Notes under the pieces: model-generated
What the model saw: the letters and a program-made list of their open reading frames with translations, nothing else
Database searches by the model: none
Told to the model about the DNA's origin: nothing
Part shown: piece after piece, positions 10,081-20,312 of the stretch
Layout: every line of letters begins with the position of its first letter
Position numbering within the stretch: the first letter of the stretch is position 1
Origin: Candidatus Heimdallarchaeota archaeon
GTDB taxonomy: Archaea > Asgardarchaeota > Wukongarchaeia > Wukongarchaeales > JBHIFL01
Assembly: GCA_046761065.1 (NCBI GenBank)
Contig: JBHIFL010000031.1
Span: forward strand, 1-46,833
Length of the DNA stretch: 46,833 nt
Direction: 5' to 3'
Made by a program: the position numbers and the translations under genes

Positions 10081-10452
10081 CTAATAGCAAGAGCCATCAT
10101 CGACCCTATCTCCTCCCCGCGCGCGGGGAGAATTATCCTGCTCGATTCCTTTGACAACTTTGACTATTTCTTCGAACGGCACGATCTTCCCGGCACTACG
10201 CCATCTTAGGCGGCCATTTGGATCAAAGATGAGTATCGCTGGCAGTGATAAAATGTCATAGCTCTCAGCGACCTCGGGACGCTCCTCAACATCGAGTATT
10301 GTCACTACCACATCTTTCAGTGTTTCGCGCACTCTTTCGATGATGCTGTCTTGCGATCTACAAGCGGAGCACCAAGGGGCTGTGCAATCAACCAGGATAT
10401 GTTTACGTTCCATCTTACCTTCTTCAATTGCCTTTTGTACATGATCCTTCAT
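10081..10452 (-). CDS. Thioredoxin-family protein
   Basis: APWCSAC active site, cis-Pro SLP. Confidence 0.85.
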   Translation of the reverse strand: MKDHVQKAIEEGKMERKHILVDCTAPWCSACRSQDSIIERVRETLKDVVVTILDVEERPEVAESYDILSLPAILIFDPNGRLRWRSAGKIVPFEEIVKVVKGIEQDNSPRARGGDRVDDGSCY

Positions 10453-10781
10453 ACCAAGTCCTCCCCAACCTTCTCGCTCAAAGCTGCTTTAACCAGAGGT
10501 GGGCCGACAGCCTTACTGTTGAGAAAGCGGCTGTAGACGTAGAGCACATGCAGCCTGTCAACTTCTGTTAGTAGGTTCTGCATTTCATCGTTAAAGACAG
10601 GTCGATCCTTCACAAGCTCCCAGACTACTTCCTCATTTAATGGAGGCCCTTCCTCTCGAATCTTGGCAGCCTCTTCGGATACGATCTTTCCTAGATGTTG
10701 CACGACCTTTGCAATAGCCTCATGTGAACTCTGTAGTCTTCCCTTCATCAAAGTGTTGATCACAACTTGGTAGTTAGACAT
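10449..10781 (-). CDS. Hypothetical protein
   Basis: GAGG RBS, ATGA coupling to the thioredoxin gene. Confidence 0.6.
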   Translation of the reverse strand: MSNYQVVINTLMKGRLQSSHEAIAKVVQHLGKIVSEEAAKIREEGPPLNEEVVWELVKDRPVFNDEMQNLLTEVDRLHVLYVYSRFLNSKAVGPPLVKAALSEKVGEDLV

Positions 10782-10889
10782 AACCTCTCACTCCTTAGCT
10801 TGGACGGATCTTTTGACGGGCTTCTTCCTTGACATCTCTCCTCAATCAAACGTAGCAGATCAGATCATCGAGTACTCTACTATCTTCTG

Positions 10890-11654
10890 TCATTCCTCAA
10901 CCTCCTCATCATAATCGTTTAATACGACTTTCAAGGCATTGTGGGGACAGAACTTCACACACACCAAGCAACTCATACCTCTGCATTTTTCCGGATCTAT
11001 CACGGGGAATCCGCGTTCAAACTGTATGGCACCAGTTGGACAGTTATGAAGACAACTCTGACATTGTTTGCAGGCTAATCGACAATTCTGATCGCAAAGG
11101 GGAATAGCTTTTGTTTTATTTCCTAGGGTAGTCCTGTTTCGAAGTCTAATGCGGTTTGGATGCAGAAAGTCGAGCCAATTTAAGGTTACTCTGGGTTGAT
11201 TTTTCAAAGATCCAACAAACGGAAGAATACAGCACATACTTGAATCGACCTTGACCTTGAACCCAACTTCTTCGACTACCGGCCTGTCGGCTGTCCCGAA
11301 GGTCTTCGAATAATTGTAAGACCCCTCAACTGTAACCTCAAGCCTCTTCAGCTTGATGCCTTCTTGTGCTGCTACCGTGGTGAGTGTAGCAGCTAAGCTT
11401 GATAGGAGGCTACAAAGGCAGTAATGCATTGGGCCAGGCCTTGTGTCCTCTCCACTCTTAAAGGAGGGCTGGTCGGCCTCGAGCACAGAGAAACCCTTCT
11501 CGTATCTAATCTCGGCTACGAACTGCGGCCTGCCTCCGTCTAGAGTCCATCTTTCTATGCCCCCCGTTGTTCTCTTGGTCTCATCAAGATCCCTCTTGGC
11601 CTGCTCAACCGTATCCAGGAGGCTTTCAATGTTTACATTATTTATTAATCCCAT
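10890..11654 (-). CDS. Truncated OsmC-like domain fused to a 2x[4Fe-4S] ferredoxin domain (possibly a deletion chimera)
   Basis: N-half paralogous to 8217..8759 but ends before the resolving CP; C-half has CKQCQSCLHNCP and CRGMSCLVCVKFCP. Confidence 0.65.
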   Translation of the reverse strand: MGLINNVNIESLLDTVEQAKRDLDETKRTTGGIERWTLDGGRPQFVAEIRYEKGFSVLEADQPSFKSGEDTRPGPMHYCLCSLLSSLAATLTTVAAQEGIKLKRLEVTVEGSYNYSKTFGTADRPVVEEVGFKVKVDSSMCCILPFVGSLKNQPRVTLNWLDFLHPNRIRLRNRTTLGNKTKAIPLCDQNCRLACKQCQSCLHNCPTGAIQFERGFPVIDPEKCRGMSCLVCVKFCPHNALKVVLNDYDEEVEE

Positions 11655-12115
11655 ATGTTTACCTCCATGAATGAATCATCCACGTCAGAGGAGACGATTC
11701 TTGCGACCCTTGATAATGGATGGCCTTTGACCCTCAGTTCCAAAGTGTTGAACCAGCCGAAGGGAGTCCTAGTCACTGTGAAGCCTCGTTGAACCAGACC
11801 TTCTTCGGTACGCTTCAAAGTCGCTAGGGCTATGTCGGGGCTGCTCAGGTCTGCAAAAAGATGGGCAAAGGGATGAAGAACAATCGTGTTAACTTTTAAC
11901 TGGCGGGCCAGTTGAGCTATTTCATCTACGATCTTTTTTGCTATGCTCACGGGGCTAGATTCATCTTGTTTCTCTACACTCGCAAGGATGAGGAGCGCTT
12001 CATCCACTTCGGTGGTCTTAGAGTTGGAGTTGTAGTCCTCAACAAGCTTTGACCTCCTTCCTCTTTTGGTAATGCTGCTACTGAAATGATCAACGTGGAG
12101 CATTAATACTCGCAC
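11645..12115 (-). CDS. Free-standing archaeal-type threonyl-tRNA synthetase editing domain protein
   Basis: MRVLMLHVD, SVEKQD, HPFAHL, TPFGW, KGHPLS motifs; no catalytic domain. Confidence 0.88.
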   Translation of the reverse strand: MRVLMLHVDHFSSSITKRGRRSKLVEDYNSNSKTTEVDEALLILASVEKQDESSPVSIAKKIVDEIAQLARQLKVNTIVLHPFAHLFADLSSPDIALATLKRTEEGLVQRGFTVTRTPFGWFNTLELRVKGHPLSRVARIVSSDVDDSFMEVNIWD

Positions 12116-12116
12116 C

Positions 12117-12458
12117 CTATCTCACCACCGCCTCTTTGGCCAGTTTTTCCATCTCAGCCATCTGTTCAAACAAGACTTCCCTTATAAGGTCGCAGGCCTC
12201 GACCATTTTCGGATGTGCAATTTTATAGAAAATGTTAGTCCCCTCCTTCTTGGTGGAAACGACCCTCCTTTGCCTTAACACCGCGAGGTGTTGGGAGATG
12301 GTGGCTTGCCGGACACCTGTGAGGGCGGTTAACTCACTTACAGATCTCTCGCCCTCCCGAAGCAAACTCAAAATCTCTAACCTTGTGGGATTCGCGAGGG
12401 TCTTACAAAGCTCAGCGTGCAATTTGAAAATCTTTTTATCAATTTGAGCATTGCTCAT
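12117..12458 (-). CDS. ArsR/SmtB-family transcriptional regulator
   Basis: KTLANPTRLEIL, SVSEL, ISQHLAVLR. Start reassigned to ATG 12458. Confidence 0.92.
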   Translation of the reverse strand: MSNAQIDKKIFKLHAELCKTLANPTRLEILSLLREGERSVSELTALTGVRQATISQHLAVLRQRRVVSTKKEGTNIFYKIAHPKMVEACDLIREVLFEQMAEMEKLAKEAVVR

Positions 12459-12494
12459 GGAAGTATCCCACATCGCATTAATTGCATTATTAGT

Positions 12495-12506
12495 ATATTC
12501 GAATAT
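12495..12506. promoter_or_regulatory. Perfect 12-bp palindrome upstream of ArsR, candidate autoregulatory site
   Basis: ATATTCGAATAT. Confidence 0.4.
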
Positions 12507-12629
12507 TATTAAGTGTTTTGTTGTTTCAAAACCATGTGTTCTAAATGGTGGAGGCCACATCCATTAAACGTCCCTTTACGTCCCCGAGACCTTCTGATCT
12601 CCTCTCTCTTCGCCAGGTTTCGCGTCTAA

Positions 12630-12900
12630 TGAAACGGCAGGCCCATGCGGCTTGGATAAAATAACAGCGCCTGTGATGCACCATGGCGCTTAAGTACCAC
12701 TCCTTTCTCCTCAGCTGGGGAGCGACAGTGCAGGTGTTCCTGCCTTCGGCTCACCTCATTCCCGAATGGCCACTCTACAAGTTTCCGATGCCGATACTTC
12801 TTTCACTCGAGCTTCATTCTATTCTTTTCCTGGTTCCAGCCTCGGTAGGGTTTTTTCTCAACTCCATAAGCGGGCGGGACCCGCCCGGCCCCTGACCTTG
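12630..12900 (-). mobile_element. Degenerate C-terminal transposase fragment related to the IS at 45495
   Basis: KPYRGWNQEKNRMKLE*KKYRHRKLVEWPFGN versus KPFRGWYRRQTRLRFDPKKYRWRKLGERPFGN. Confidence 0.75.
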
Positions 12901-13100
12901 GCGGGGGATGGTGAAGTTAAGGAGGTTCCCTCAGCTACTGCTTGCTCCGCGCCCACTCTTTTCTTCTCTGGCTGCTTTGCGCGGGGATGTGCCTAACTCT
13001 AAGGAAGTAAAGCAGTTCGTATGATGCAACCTCCTGTTTTACTAGTGTATCTGTGTTTGGTTTAGAAAAAGTTTTTATAAGCAATAATGATAAATATGTC

Positions 13101-13120
13101 ATATGACTGAATTATCATAT
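13101..13120. promoter_or_regulatory. ArsR-type inverted repeat overlapping the start codon of the mer-operon regulator
   Basis: ATATGA-ctgaatta-TCATAT, about 20 bp downstream of TTTTTATAA. Confidence 0.6.
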
Positions 13121-13429
13121 AAATTAAATGCTTATTTATTATTCTTTAAAGCCATAGCAAATCAGTCTAGGCTTGCTATTATTGACCTCTTAAGGAAAGG
13201 TCCTAAGTCTGTCACCGAGATAAGCGAGGCACTTGGTTATGAACAGAGCCGTGTTTCACACAACTTAACTTGTTTAGCGTTCTGCGGTTTTGTAAACGGC
13301 GAGAGGGATGGGAAGAACAAAGTTTATTCATTGAACACCGACACCATCCACCCCCTACTAGGGCTTGTTGGCAGTCACATCGAAACGTATGGACGCAATC
13401 TTCTGGAGTGTAAGGTGCTTAAAAGATGA
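13103..13429 (+). CDS. ArsR-family regulator of the mer operon
   Basis: FKAIANQSRLAII, EQSRVSHNLTCLAFCG, C-terminal Cys; first gene before merT/merA. Confidence 0.9.
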   Translation: MTELSYKLNAYLLFFKAIANQSRLAIIDLLRKGPKSVTEISEALGYEQSRVSHNLTCLAFCGFVNGERDGKNKVYSLNTDTIHPLLGLVGSHIETYGRNLLECKVLKR

Positions 13430-13722
13430 CAAAAAATAGCGCAGCACAGTTGAGAAAACAGAGAGCAGCAAAGCATATGCAGCAAACAGAGAGCAGCAAA
13501 GCTGAGGCCGTAAGCATAGGCATCGTATCGGAGTTAATTGCGTCACTATGTTGCTTAGGACCAGCGTTTACTGTTCTGCTGGGACTAAGCGGTTTTGGCG
13601 CCGCCCTAAGCCTTACCCAATTTCAACCCTACTTCTTAGCATTAAGCATCATCTCTTCGACTAGCGCAGTCTGGATTTACCTCAGGAGAAAGAATCAAGG
13701 CCAAGCAACCTTCATGTGGTAA
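13426..13722 (+). CDS. MerT-like mercury transport protein (N-part, apparently frameshifted from the downstream ORF)
   Basis: ASLCCLGP vicinal Cys in TM1, FQPYF; third TM continues in the 13716 frame. Confidence 0.7.
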   Translation: MTKNSAAQLRKQRAAKHMQQTESSKAEAVSIGIVSELIASLCCLGPAFTVLLGLSGFGAALSLTQFQPYFLALSIISSTSAVWIYLRRKNQGQATFMW

Positions 13723-14288
13723 AAAGGAACAAAAGTTTCATATCAGTGGTTGTTGTAGTCATGGTTCTCTTATATGCAACAACTCTCTACGCCATGATGC
13801 CTGCTGTTACCCCCGCCATCTATGGTACCACCGACGACAGCACAAACGCTCAAAACGCAGCGAATCTCCGTCAAGCCACTTTAAGAATACATGGTATGAC
13901 GTGCCCCAGTTGTGCTAATGCGGTAGAAGCATTGCTAAAACAAGAGGAGGGAATGATCCGCGTAAATGTGGATTACTCCAAAAGAATAGCCCGAGTAGTT
14001 TATGACGCGGACAAAATAACAATTGAAGAAATCATGGAAGTCATTCAACCCTATACGGCCACAATCGCAATTGATAAAGGGTGTGAATGCATGGCTGAAA
14101 AGGAGGAGTCATTTCTAGCCCCTTTGATAGGGCTGCTTCTGATCCTCTGCTGCGTACTTCCACTTCTTTTTATAGCTGGAGGGGCAACGATTTTCGTAGG
14201 GATTTTATCCCAACAGACTGTTATATTGATAATCGGGCTGCTTCTAATAGTTCTAAGTGGTTTAATCTACGGAAGACGAAGATCATAG
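13716..14288 (+). CDS. TM + HMA (MerP-like) domain reading in frame into a MerF-like two-TM CC protein
   Basis: GMTCPSC HMA; internal RBS and ATG at 14091 begin MAEKEE...LCCVLP. Confidence 0.75.
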   Translation: MVKRNKSFISVVVVVMVLLYATTLYAMMPAVTPAIYGTTDDSTNAQNAANLRQATLRIHGMTCPSCANAVEALLKQEEGMIRVNVDYSKRIARVVYDADKITIEEIMEVIQPYTATIAIDKGCECMAEKEESFLAPLIGLLLILCCVLPLLFIAGGATIFVGILSQQTVILIIGLLLIVLSGLIYGRRRS

Positions 14289-14296
14289 GAAAAATC

Positions 14297-15715
14297 ATGA
14301 AGGAGAAAGAGATGAGGAAAGAGAAAGAGTTTGACTTGCTAATACTTGGTGGCGGCGCTGCCGCCTTTGGAGCCGCTATGAAGGCGGATGAGTTGGGCGC
14401 GAAAACAGCTATGATAGAAGAAGGCATGCTTGGAGGAACCTGTGTCAACGTGGGGTGCTTGCCGACCAAGCATCTCCTCCACATAGCAGAACGGTTACAT
14501 TCCTCTAATAATCACCAGGTCGTCGGTTTAAAGAGTGGTGCGTCCATCGATTTTAAGACAATAATTGAAGAAAAGGATAGATTGATCGACACTCTTAGAA
14601 GAGAGAAATACGCGCAAGTTTTGGACAACCTAGCCAACGTAACACTCATACAAGGCCATGCTAGGTTCGTAGCGAAGAATAAGGTGGAGGTAAATGGAGA
14701 GACATATAATGCAGAGAGATTCATTGTGGCCACAGGCTCATCCACCTTCATTCCTCCCATTAAAGGAATAGAAGGTACGAATTATCTAACCAATATCGAG
14801 GCTTTGAGTTTAAAAAGAAGACCAGAGTCGATGATCGTCTTGGGCGGCGGACCGTTAGGCGTGGAGTTCGCCCAAATGTATGCTAGATTTGGCACTAAAG
14901 TTTGCTTGCTCCAAAAAGCTGAAAGATTAGTAATTCGAGCGGAGCCAGAACTCGCTGGGTTGCTACAACGGTATTTAGAAGCTGAAGGGATAGAAATCCA
15001 CACTTCAGTGGAAGTGAAATCGGCTCAAAAAGATGGACAAGAAACGGTTTTAACAGTAAGCGTCGAAGGAGAAACTAGAATCTATCGGGCAGAAGTACTT
15101 CTGGTAGCAACAGGTAGAAGACCGAATACCTCTGGTTTCGGGCTTGAACTAACTGGTGTAAAGTTGGATAGTCGAGGAGGAATTGTTGTGGACGAGGAAA
15201 TGTGTGCAGCGGAGAATGTTTGGGCTGCTGGTGATGTGAAAAGCGAGCCCATGTTGGAGACAGTTGCGGCCAAGGAAGGTTCCATAGCCGCAAATAATGC
15301 CCTATACAAGCCCAAGAAAGAGATGGATTATACTATTATACCACACGCAGTTTTTACCGACCCACAGTTAGTAGGAGTTGGGTTAACAGACGAACAGGCC
15401 ATACAAAAAGACATCAACTGCCGGTGTCACACGATTCCGATTGAACTAGTGCCAAAAGCTCGGGCCATAAAAGATACGAGGGGCGCGATAAAGATGGTCA
15501 TCGATGACAAAACCAAGAAAATAATAGGCGTTCACATCCTGTCTTCCACGGCAGCCGATCTCATCCATGAAGCCAGCTTCATTCTCAAAGAAAACATGAC
15601 GATTTACGATGTAATTGATACGCTGCATGTATTCCCTACCATGTCCGAGTCCATCAAAATAGCAGCCCAATCCTTCGTAAGAGATGTCAGCAAAATGGCT
15701 TGCTGTATAGAATGA
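14297..15715 (+). CDS. merA: Mercuric reductase
   Basis: GGTCVNVGC redox pair, C-terminal CC (MACCIE), pyridine nucleotide-disulfide oxidoreductase motifs, no NmerA domain. Confidence 0.95.
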   Translation: MKEKEMRKEKEFDLLILGGGAAAFGAAMKADELGAKTAMIEEGMLGGTCVNVGCLPTKHLLHIAERLHSSNNHQVVGLKSGASIDFKTIIEEKDRLIDTLRREKYAQVLDNLANVTLIQGHARFVAKNKVEVNGETYNAERFIVATGSSTFIPPIKGIEGTNYLTNIEALSLKRRPESMIVLGGGPLGVEFAQMYARFGTKVCLLQKAERLVIRAEPELAGLLQRYLEAEGIEIHTSVEVKSAQKDGQETVLTVSVEGETRIYRAEVLLVATGRRPNTSGFGLELTGVKLDSRGGIVVDEEMCAAENVWAAGDVKSEPMLETVAAKEGSIAANNALYKPKKEMDYTIIPHAVFTDPQLVGVGLTDEQAIQKDINCRCHTIPIELVPKARAIKDTRGAIKMVIDDKTKKIIGVHILSSTAADLIHEASFILKENMTIYDVIDTLHVFPTMSESIKIAAQSFVRDVSKMACCIE

Positions 15716-15853
15716 AAAAATTGTCATTCTATGGAGAGATCGCCCTCTACATGATCTAAACAAAGTGAGATCATGCATAGTTCCAATGAAAGTGGGTAAT
15801 AAAATTTCCCAGCGTTCACAAAGTTTTCTTTTAGATTTCGTATTTCCCAAAGA

Positions 15854-16498
15854 TCAACTGTAACCAGACTTTGACTTTTTGACTCCGGTACATATATAGT
15901 AAGAAGCAAGCCAACCTGAGATATTTTGCTTCTTGACATCGCTTAGATACCGCCTCATCTTCTTCCAAGGCTTGCGAGTTATATCCTGAAGTGTGGCTTC
16001 GAATATCAATTTGTAGGCCGGATTTAGGATTCGCCCTTTAAGTCCGGACATGAGCTGAAAATCTAGCACGACACATTTACCTCCTACCTTCAGAGCATCA
16101 ATCGAGTTTTCCAGGGCTTTCTCATAATCGGGAATTGATACCATCGCCCAGGTGCATAAAACAGCATCTACTTTTTCATTTAATCTGAAGTGTGAGGCAT
16201 CTCTTTCAAGAAGTTCTATGTTGTGCCATCCATGTTCCTTTATTTTATCTCCAGCTTTCTTCAGCATCTCGGGCGAAAAGTCTAAAGCGACAATCTTTCC
16301 CTTCTTCCCAATTTTTCTTTCCAGGTATTCAAAGTTAAGCCCAGTTCCGCAGGCTAGGTCTAGAACAGTATCGCCTCGATTAAGGTTTAATCTCTCGACA
16401 GCCTGCTCCCGAAATAAAACATCATAACCTATGAAAGAAAGCGTTAAATCCCATATTTTTGCCCATTTATTCCATAGTTTACGATGATTATTTGTCAT
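15854..16498 (-). CDS. Class I SAM-dependent methyltransferase (UbiE-like)
   Basis: VLDLACGTG, ALDFSPEML; start reassigned to ATG after GGTGA RBS. Confidence 0.88.
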   Translation of the reverse strand: MTNNHRKLWNKWAKIWDLTLSFIGYDVLFREQAVERLNLNRGDTVLDLACGTGLNFEYLERKIGKKGKIVALDFSPEMLKKAGDKIKEHGWHNIELLERDASHFRLNEKVDAVLCTWAMVSIPDYEKALENSIDALKVGGKCVVLDFQLMSGLKGRILNPAYKLIFEATLQDITRKPWKKMRRYLSDVKKQNISGWLASYYICTGVKKSKSGYS

Positions 16499-16851
16499 CC
16501 TAAGCTTCACCTATTTTACGATGTTTTTGTATGCTCTAGAAGTGTCACTATCCAATAGTACCCTAATCCAAAGTTAAAACTTTCAAGCCTGGAAAATTTA
16601 GACAGAAATATACATCTATTTTGGTGCACGTTTTCCAAAAATGGGTAAACTTTAGTTTGTGTTAGGAAGTCAAGATTGTGCAGCATTCTAGCGTGTTTTC
16701 TCTCTCATCATAACTATGAAACAGTAACAATGTTTGTTTATACCCTATCTATGGCCTGGAAGAATACCGCATACGATGTTTAACATGTAAATATGAAATA
16801 AGCCCTAAGCTAACATAAACCAATTCATACACTTAAACGGTGATTCGGCCC

Positions 16852-18117
16852 TTATTGAGTAAGCATTACCTTTTGGGAACGGCGTCTGAATCCCTGCACA
16901 ATCTGTTGGAGTCCGCCCAACGAGTAGAAATACCTTATCTCGGTTAAAATCTTAAAGAACTTTCCAATCTTTCCAAGCAGCCGAACACTCCCCAATAGTG
17001 AGGCTCCTTCTTTTCTCCCTAGAGATATCGCGACCCCGCGGCGGCTAGGTTTGTACTCGCGCGTTCGTAACTTGCGTATCCTTGCAATCAAATGTTCGGC
17101 CACATAGGTTGCTTCATTGATGGCCATTTGTGCTGAGGGAATCACTGGCCGTCCAGTCTCAGGATCTATTTCGATTGAGGCGTCACCAATCACATACACA
17201 CCCTCATATCCCTCCGCTTCGAGGAATTGGTTGACTTTAGCCCTCCCTTGGTGATTTACGCGGAGCCCAGATCGTTCAATCAGTTCATTCCCTCTGATGC
17301 CTCCGGTCCAGACAAGAGTACGTGCATGGATTCTCTTGCCGTTGCTCAAAACGATTGTCTGTTTGTCAACGGATTGGATAGCGGCACCAAGGATAAGTTT
17401 GATTCCCTTCTCCTTTAAGATCTGATATGCATATCTCACCAAGGGCTGGTCGATACCCATCGTTTCCAGCGCTTCCACTGCAATAATTCGAATGTCGTCT
17501 TGATGGACACCATATCGCTCCTTAAGTTCTCTTATCCAGTCGGCCAGTTCCGTGACAAACTGCGTGCCCGCCGCTCCCACACCTCCTACGACAAACGTCA
17601 AGAGTTCTTTTCTCTTCTTGGCGTCTCGTTCCTGAACCGCTAACTCAAACATCACTAGGACATGAGTTCTAATCGCTTTCGCATTTTCGAGAGACCTCAG
17701 TGGGAATGCGGATTCCACTAGGCCGGGGATATTATAAAAGTTGGTTCTTCCTCCTAAGGCAATAATTAGAAAGTCATAAGAAATTCTACTTCCACTTACA
17801 AGGACAAATTTCTTCTCAAGATCTATCTCAGAGATTTTTGCCCGATGGAAGGTTATGTTCTTATTTCGAAAAATTTGTTCTAGCGGTATTTGGACTGCTT
17901 TGGGACTGATTCTACTGGTGGCAGCTTCATGAAGGTTCGGAATAAGTAAGTGATAGGCTTTCTCGTCGATGACGACGATATCGAGTTCTCCCCTCTGACT
18001 CAGTTCCTCTAGGGTTAGCGCCGTCCGAACTCCAGCCACGCCTGCTCCCAAGATTAATATCTTAGGTACGCTCTTTCCTGGGACTGGCTTGGTTGATTCA
18101 CTGTGATGTCTTATCAT
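16852..18117 (-). CDS. ndh: Type II NADH dehydrogenase (NDH-2)-family flavoprotein
   Basis: ILILGAGVAG, YDFLIIALG, VVGGVGAAG, WTGG, IGD, PSAQMA; start after GGAGG RBS. Confidence 0.85.
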   Translation of the reverse strand: MIRHHSESTKPVPGKSVPKILILGAGVAGVRTALTLEELSQRGELDIVVIDEKAYHLLIPNLHEAATSRISPKAVQIPLEQIFRNKNITFHRAKISEIDLEKKFVLVSGSRISYDFLIIALGGRTNFYNIPGLVESAFPLRSLENAKAIRTHVLVMFELAVQERDAKKRKELLTFVVGGVGAAGTQFVTELADWIRELKERYGVHQDDIRIIAVEALETMGIDQPLVRYAYQILKEKGIKLILGAAIQSVDKQTIVLSNGKRIHARTLVWTGGIRGNELIERSGLRVNHQGRAKVNQFLEAEGYEGVYVIGDASIEIDPETGRPVIPSAQMAINEATYVAEHLIARIRKLRTREYKPSRRGVAISLGRKEGASLLGSVRLLGKIGKFFKILTEIRYFYSLGGLQQIVQGFRRRSQKVMLTQ

Positions 18118-18167
18118 GTTCACAATCCTCCAAGTTTTGATCAAATTCAACATCATTTTCTTATAAG

Positions 18168-18190
18168 GATATATCTATATATGATATATC
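18168..18190 (-). promoter_or_regulatory. Putative operator (perfect consensus) upstream of ndh
   Basis: GATATATC-tatatat-GATATATC, downstream of minus-strand TTTTAAA. Confidence 0.8.
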
Positions 18191-18768
18191 ACCTAGAGAG
18201 TTTAAAAGGTATAGATTGGGACAAAAATTTTCCTATCAGGAATCTTCCTTTTCATGGATCGAGGGGATCTGGCGAACTACAAAATTTGTAACTGGAGAGT
18301 CTAAGTTTCGCATAAGTTCCTTTAATTAGGGTTGTTGAAGCATGTTCTAAGCCATTAGGCATTTCTCTAACTTTGCTAGTATGAACGGGAGGAAGAGTAG
18401 CATTTCATCCTTTATTCCTCAGAGTTGTAGAAATAGATTGGTGAGGTTAAGAGAGGCTAAAAAAACCAACTTGATTGGTTAGAAAGAGTGTAAGCAGATC
18501 TCTTGTAAACGTGGTGATCCCGTCAATTAACTAATTATGATCATTTAATATTTGATAATAGTTGATAAGGGGCTTTTTTCAGTTGTAAATTGCAGAATTG
18601 ACTGAATTCGGATGATTCAACTGGATTATTAAGGATTTAAAACCGAATGGTTATAAAATGAGATAATTTAATTTCAAAAATGTATTCTCCATAGGAAACG
18701 AGACGGTTTTAGAATAAAAATCTGAAGAAAATTGAATTCATCTAATAAAAATCGTATAGGTGATCAAG

Positions 18769-19355
18769 ATGAGTCTTGTTAAATTCGTCCAAGAGAAACC
18801 CATGACAATAACGCCTCATAAGCCGGATTTCAAGGAACGACTTTTCTTTTTTATCTCGGGGATAATAATAAGCGTACCTTTTACCCTCTTAGTTGGGACA
18901 CTCACCCGTGCTCTCTGTGTCCTTATGACGGTCTTCTTAGCTAGTGTATGTGCAACCACTCTTTTTACGCCGCTCATTGAGGAGTTTGCAAAGGTGTATC
19001 CTCTCTTCTACAGACATGGAGAAACTGAGAAATCCCTTTTTTCATTGGGTTTCTGGTGGGGTTGGGCTTTGGCATCTCGGAATTTTTCTTATATGTCTTG
19101 GTCTTAGACACACCCATCTACCTCCGATTGCCCAGTCTATTCTTCCATGCGGCGAGTACATCGATCACCACCTACGGAATCGCTACCAAGCGATCTCTAC
19201 GGTTCTATCTGATCGCAGTGGCGCTTCATGCCTTATATAACTTTTCTGCTTTTTTTAGCTTCTTCTGGTACATAGGGGGAATCGTGGCGGTAATAATATC
19301 CTATTTCCTCTCTTGGCGACTTTACCGCAAAACCTCAGAAGGATTTGTCGATTAG
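18769..19355 (+). pseudogene. PrsW-family intramembrane protease, frameshifted near 19050
   Basis: PLIEEFAK in one frame; GLGFGISE, FHAAST, LHALYN in another. Confidence 0.8.
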
Positions 19356-20054
19356 CAGCCAAGTGTCCTAGACCCATGTTCGAGCGTTCTCGCCTTCTGT
19401 CTCCTTTACCATCATTCCTTCCTACAGTTTGTAGCTTCCGTCTTCGCTTGGCGATCTGTCCCCTTATTGGAATTAATTGTGTCTCTTTTAAGGATCGTAA
19501 GTGAAGAAACAACACATTAAGATGTATCAATTAGGAGAAAAATGGAGATAAAGAATTGTAAATTAAGTGAGTGTTTATCCTTCTAAAACATCCTCGTTCA
19601 TTTTGTGCTCATAATCCCTCAAATGATTTCATTACAATCAATTCAAATCCTTCTTCGGCTTCGATGGTGAAGTAATTTTTTCAGTTAATTTTTTGCAGAA
19701 AAACTTTTTTTAGAGTGTTGTACACTTTGGACTCTCCTCCGACTTCCCTTCAGGGTTTGAATATCTCTCGGATGTGTGTATCGACCTTCATTTTAAGAAA
19801 ATGCAGCTGGAGCAGAGAGTTCTTGTGAAGTAATTATGAATTCATCACATGTCAAGGGCCGAGAGTTATTCAGTTTGTGTTTCCTTCCGTATAGAACCTC
19901 AGAAAGGGTGTATTACATCCTCCTGACTGCTAAACGACCTTCAAATTGAGCTTTCGGAACTTGATACGAGATTAATCCAAATCAATACGAATATGGAAGT
20001 GATTAAGGTGAGGATTAGTCACTCAAGGGGCCAATAAAAAATCTTAAAAAGAAT

Positions 20055-20092
20055 ATTATATCTATAATAGATATGTCTATTATCGATCTATA
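20055..20092 (+). promoter_or_regulatory. Putative operator, 3 units, upstream of YHS-CBS-nuoD
   Basis: ATTATATC-tataata-GATATGTC-tattatc-GATCTATA after CTTAAAAA. Confidence 0.75.
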
Positions 20093-20123
20093 TGATTTTC
20101 TGCTAAAACAGGGATGAAAAGTT

Positions 20124-20270
20124 ATGGTGAAGGATCTAGTTTGTGGGATGGAAGTAAGCATCAGGACCGCGAAACACAAGACAGTACAAATGGGAAAGAC
20201 CTACTACTTTTGCTGTGCAATGTGTAAAGAATTGTTTGAAGCCAATCCCAACAAATACATGAGAATGTAG
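20124..20270 (+). CDS. YHS/TRASH-domain metallochaperone, 48 aa (not in ORF track)
   Basis: MVKDLVCGMEV...KTYYFCCAMCKELFEANPNKY. Confidence 0.9.
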   Translation: MVKDLVCGMEVSIRTAKHKTVQMGKTYYFCCAMCKELFEANPNKYMRM

Positions 20271-20312
20271 AAGAACCCAACACCAGATGAGGGTAAAAAG
20301 AAGGTTGCATTT

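Noticed and set aside
18291-20040. AT-rich stretches flanking the PrsW pseudogene
   Set aside because: No recognisable ORF, RNA or repeat structure that I can support.
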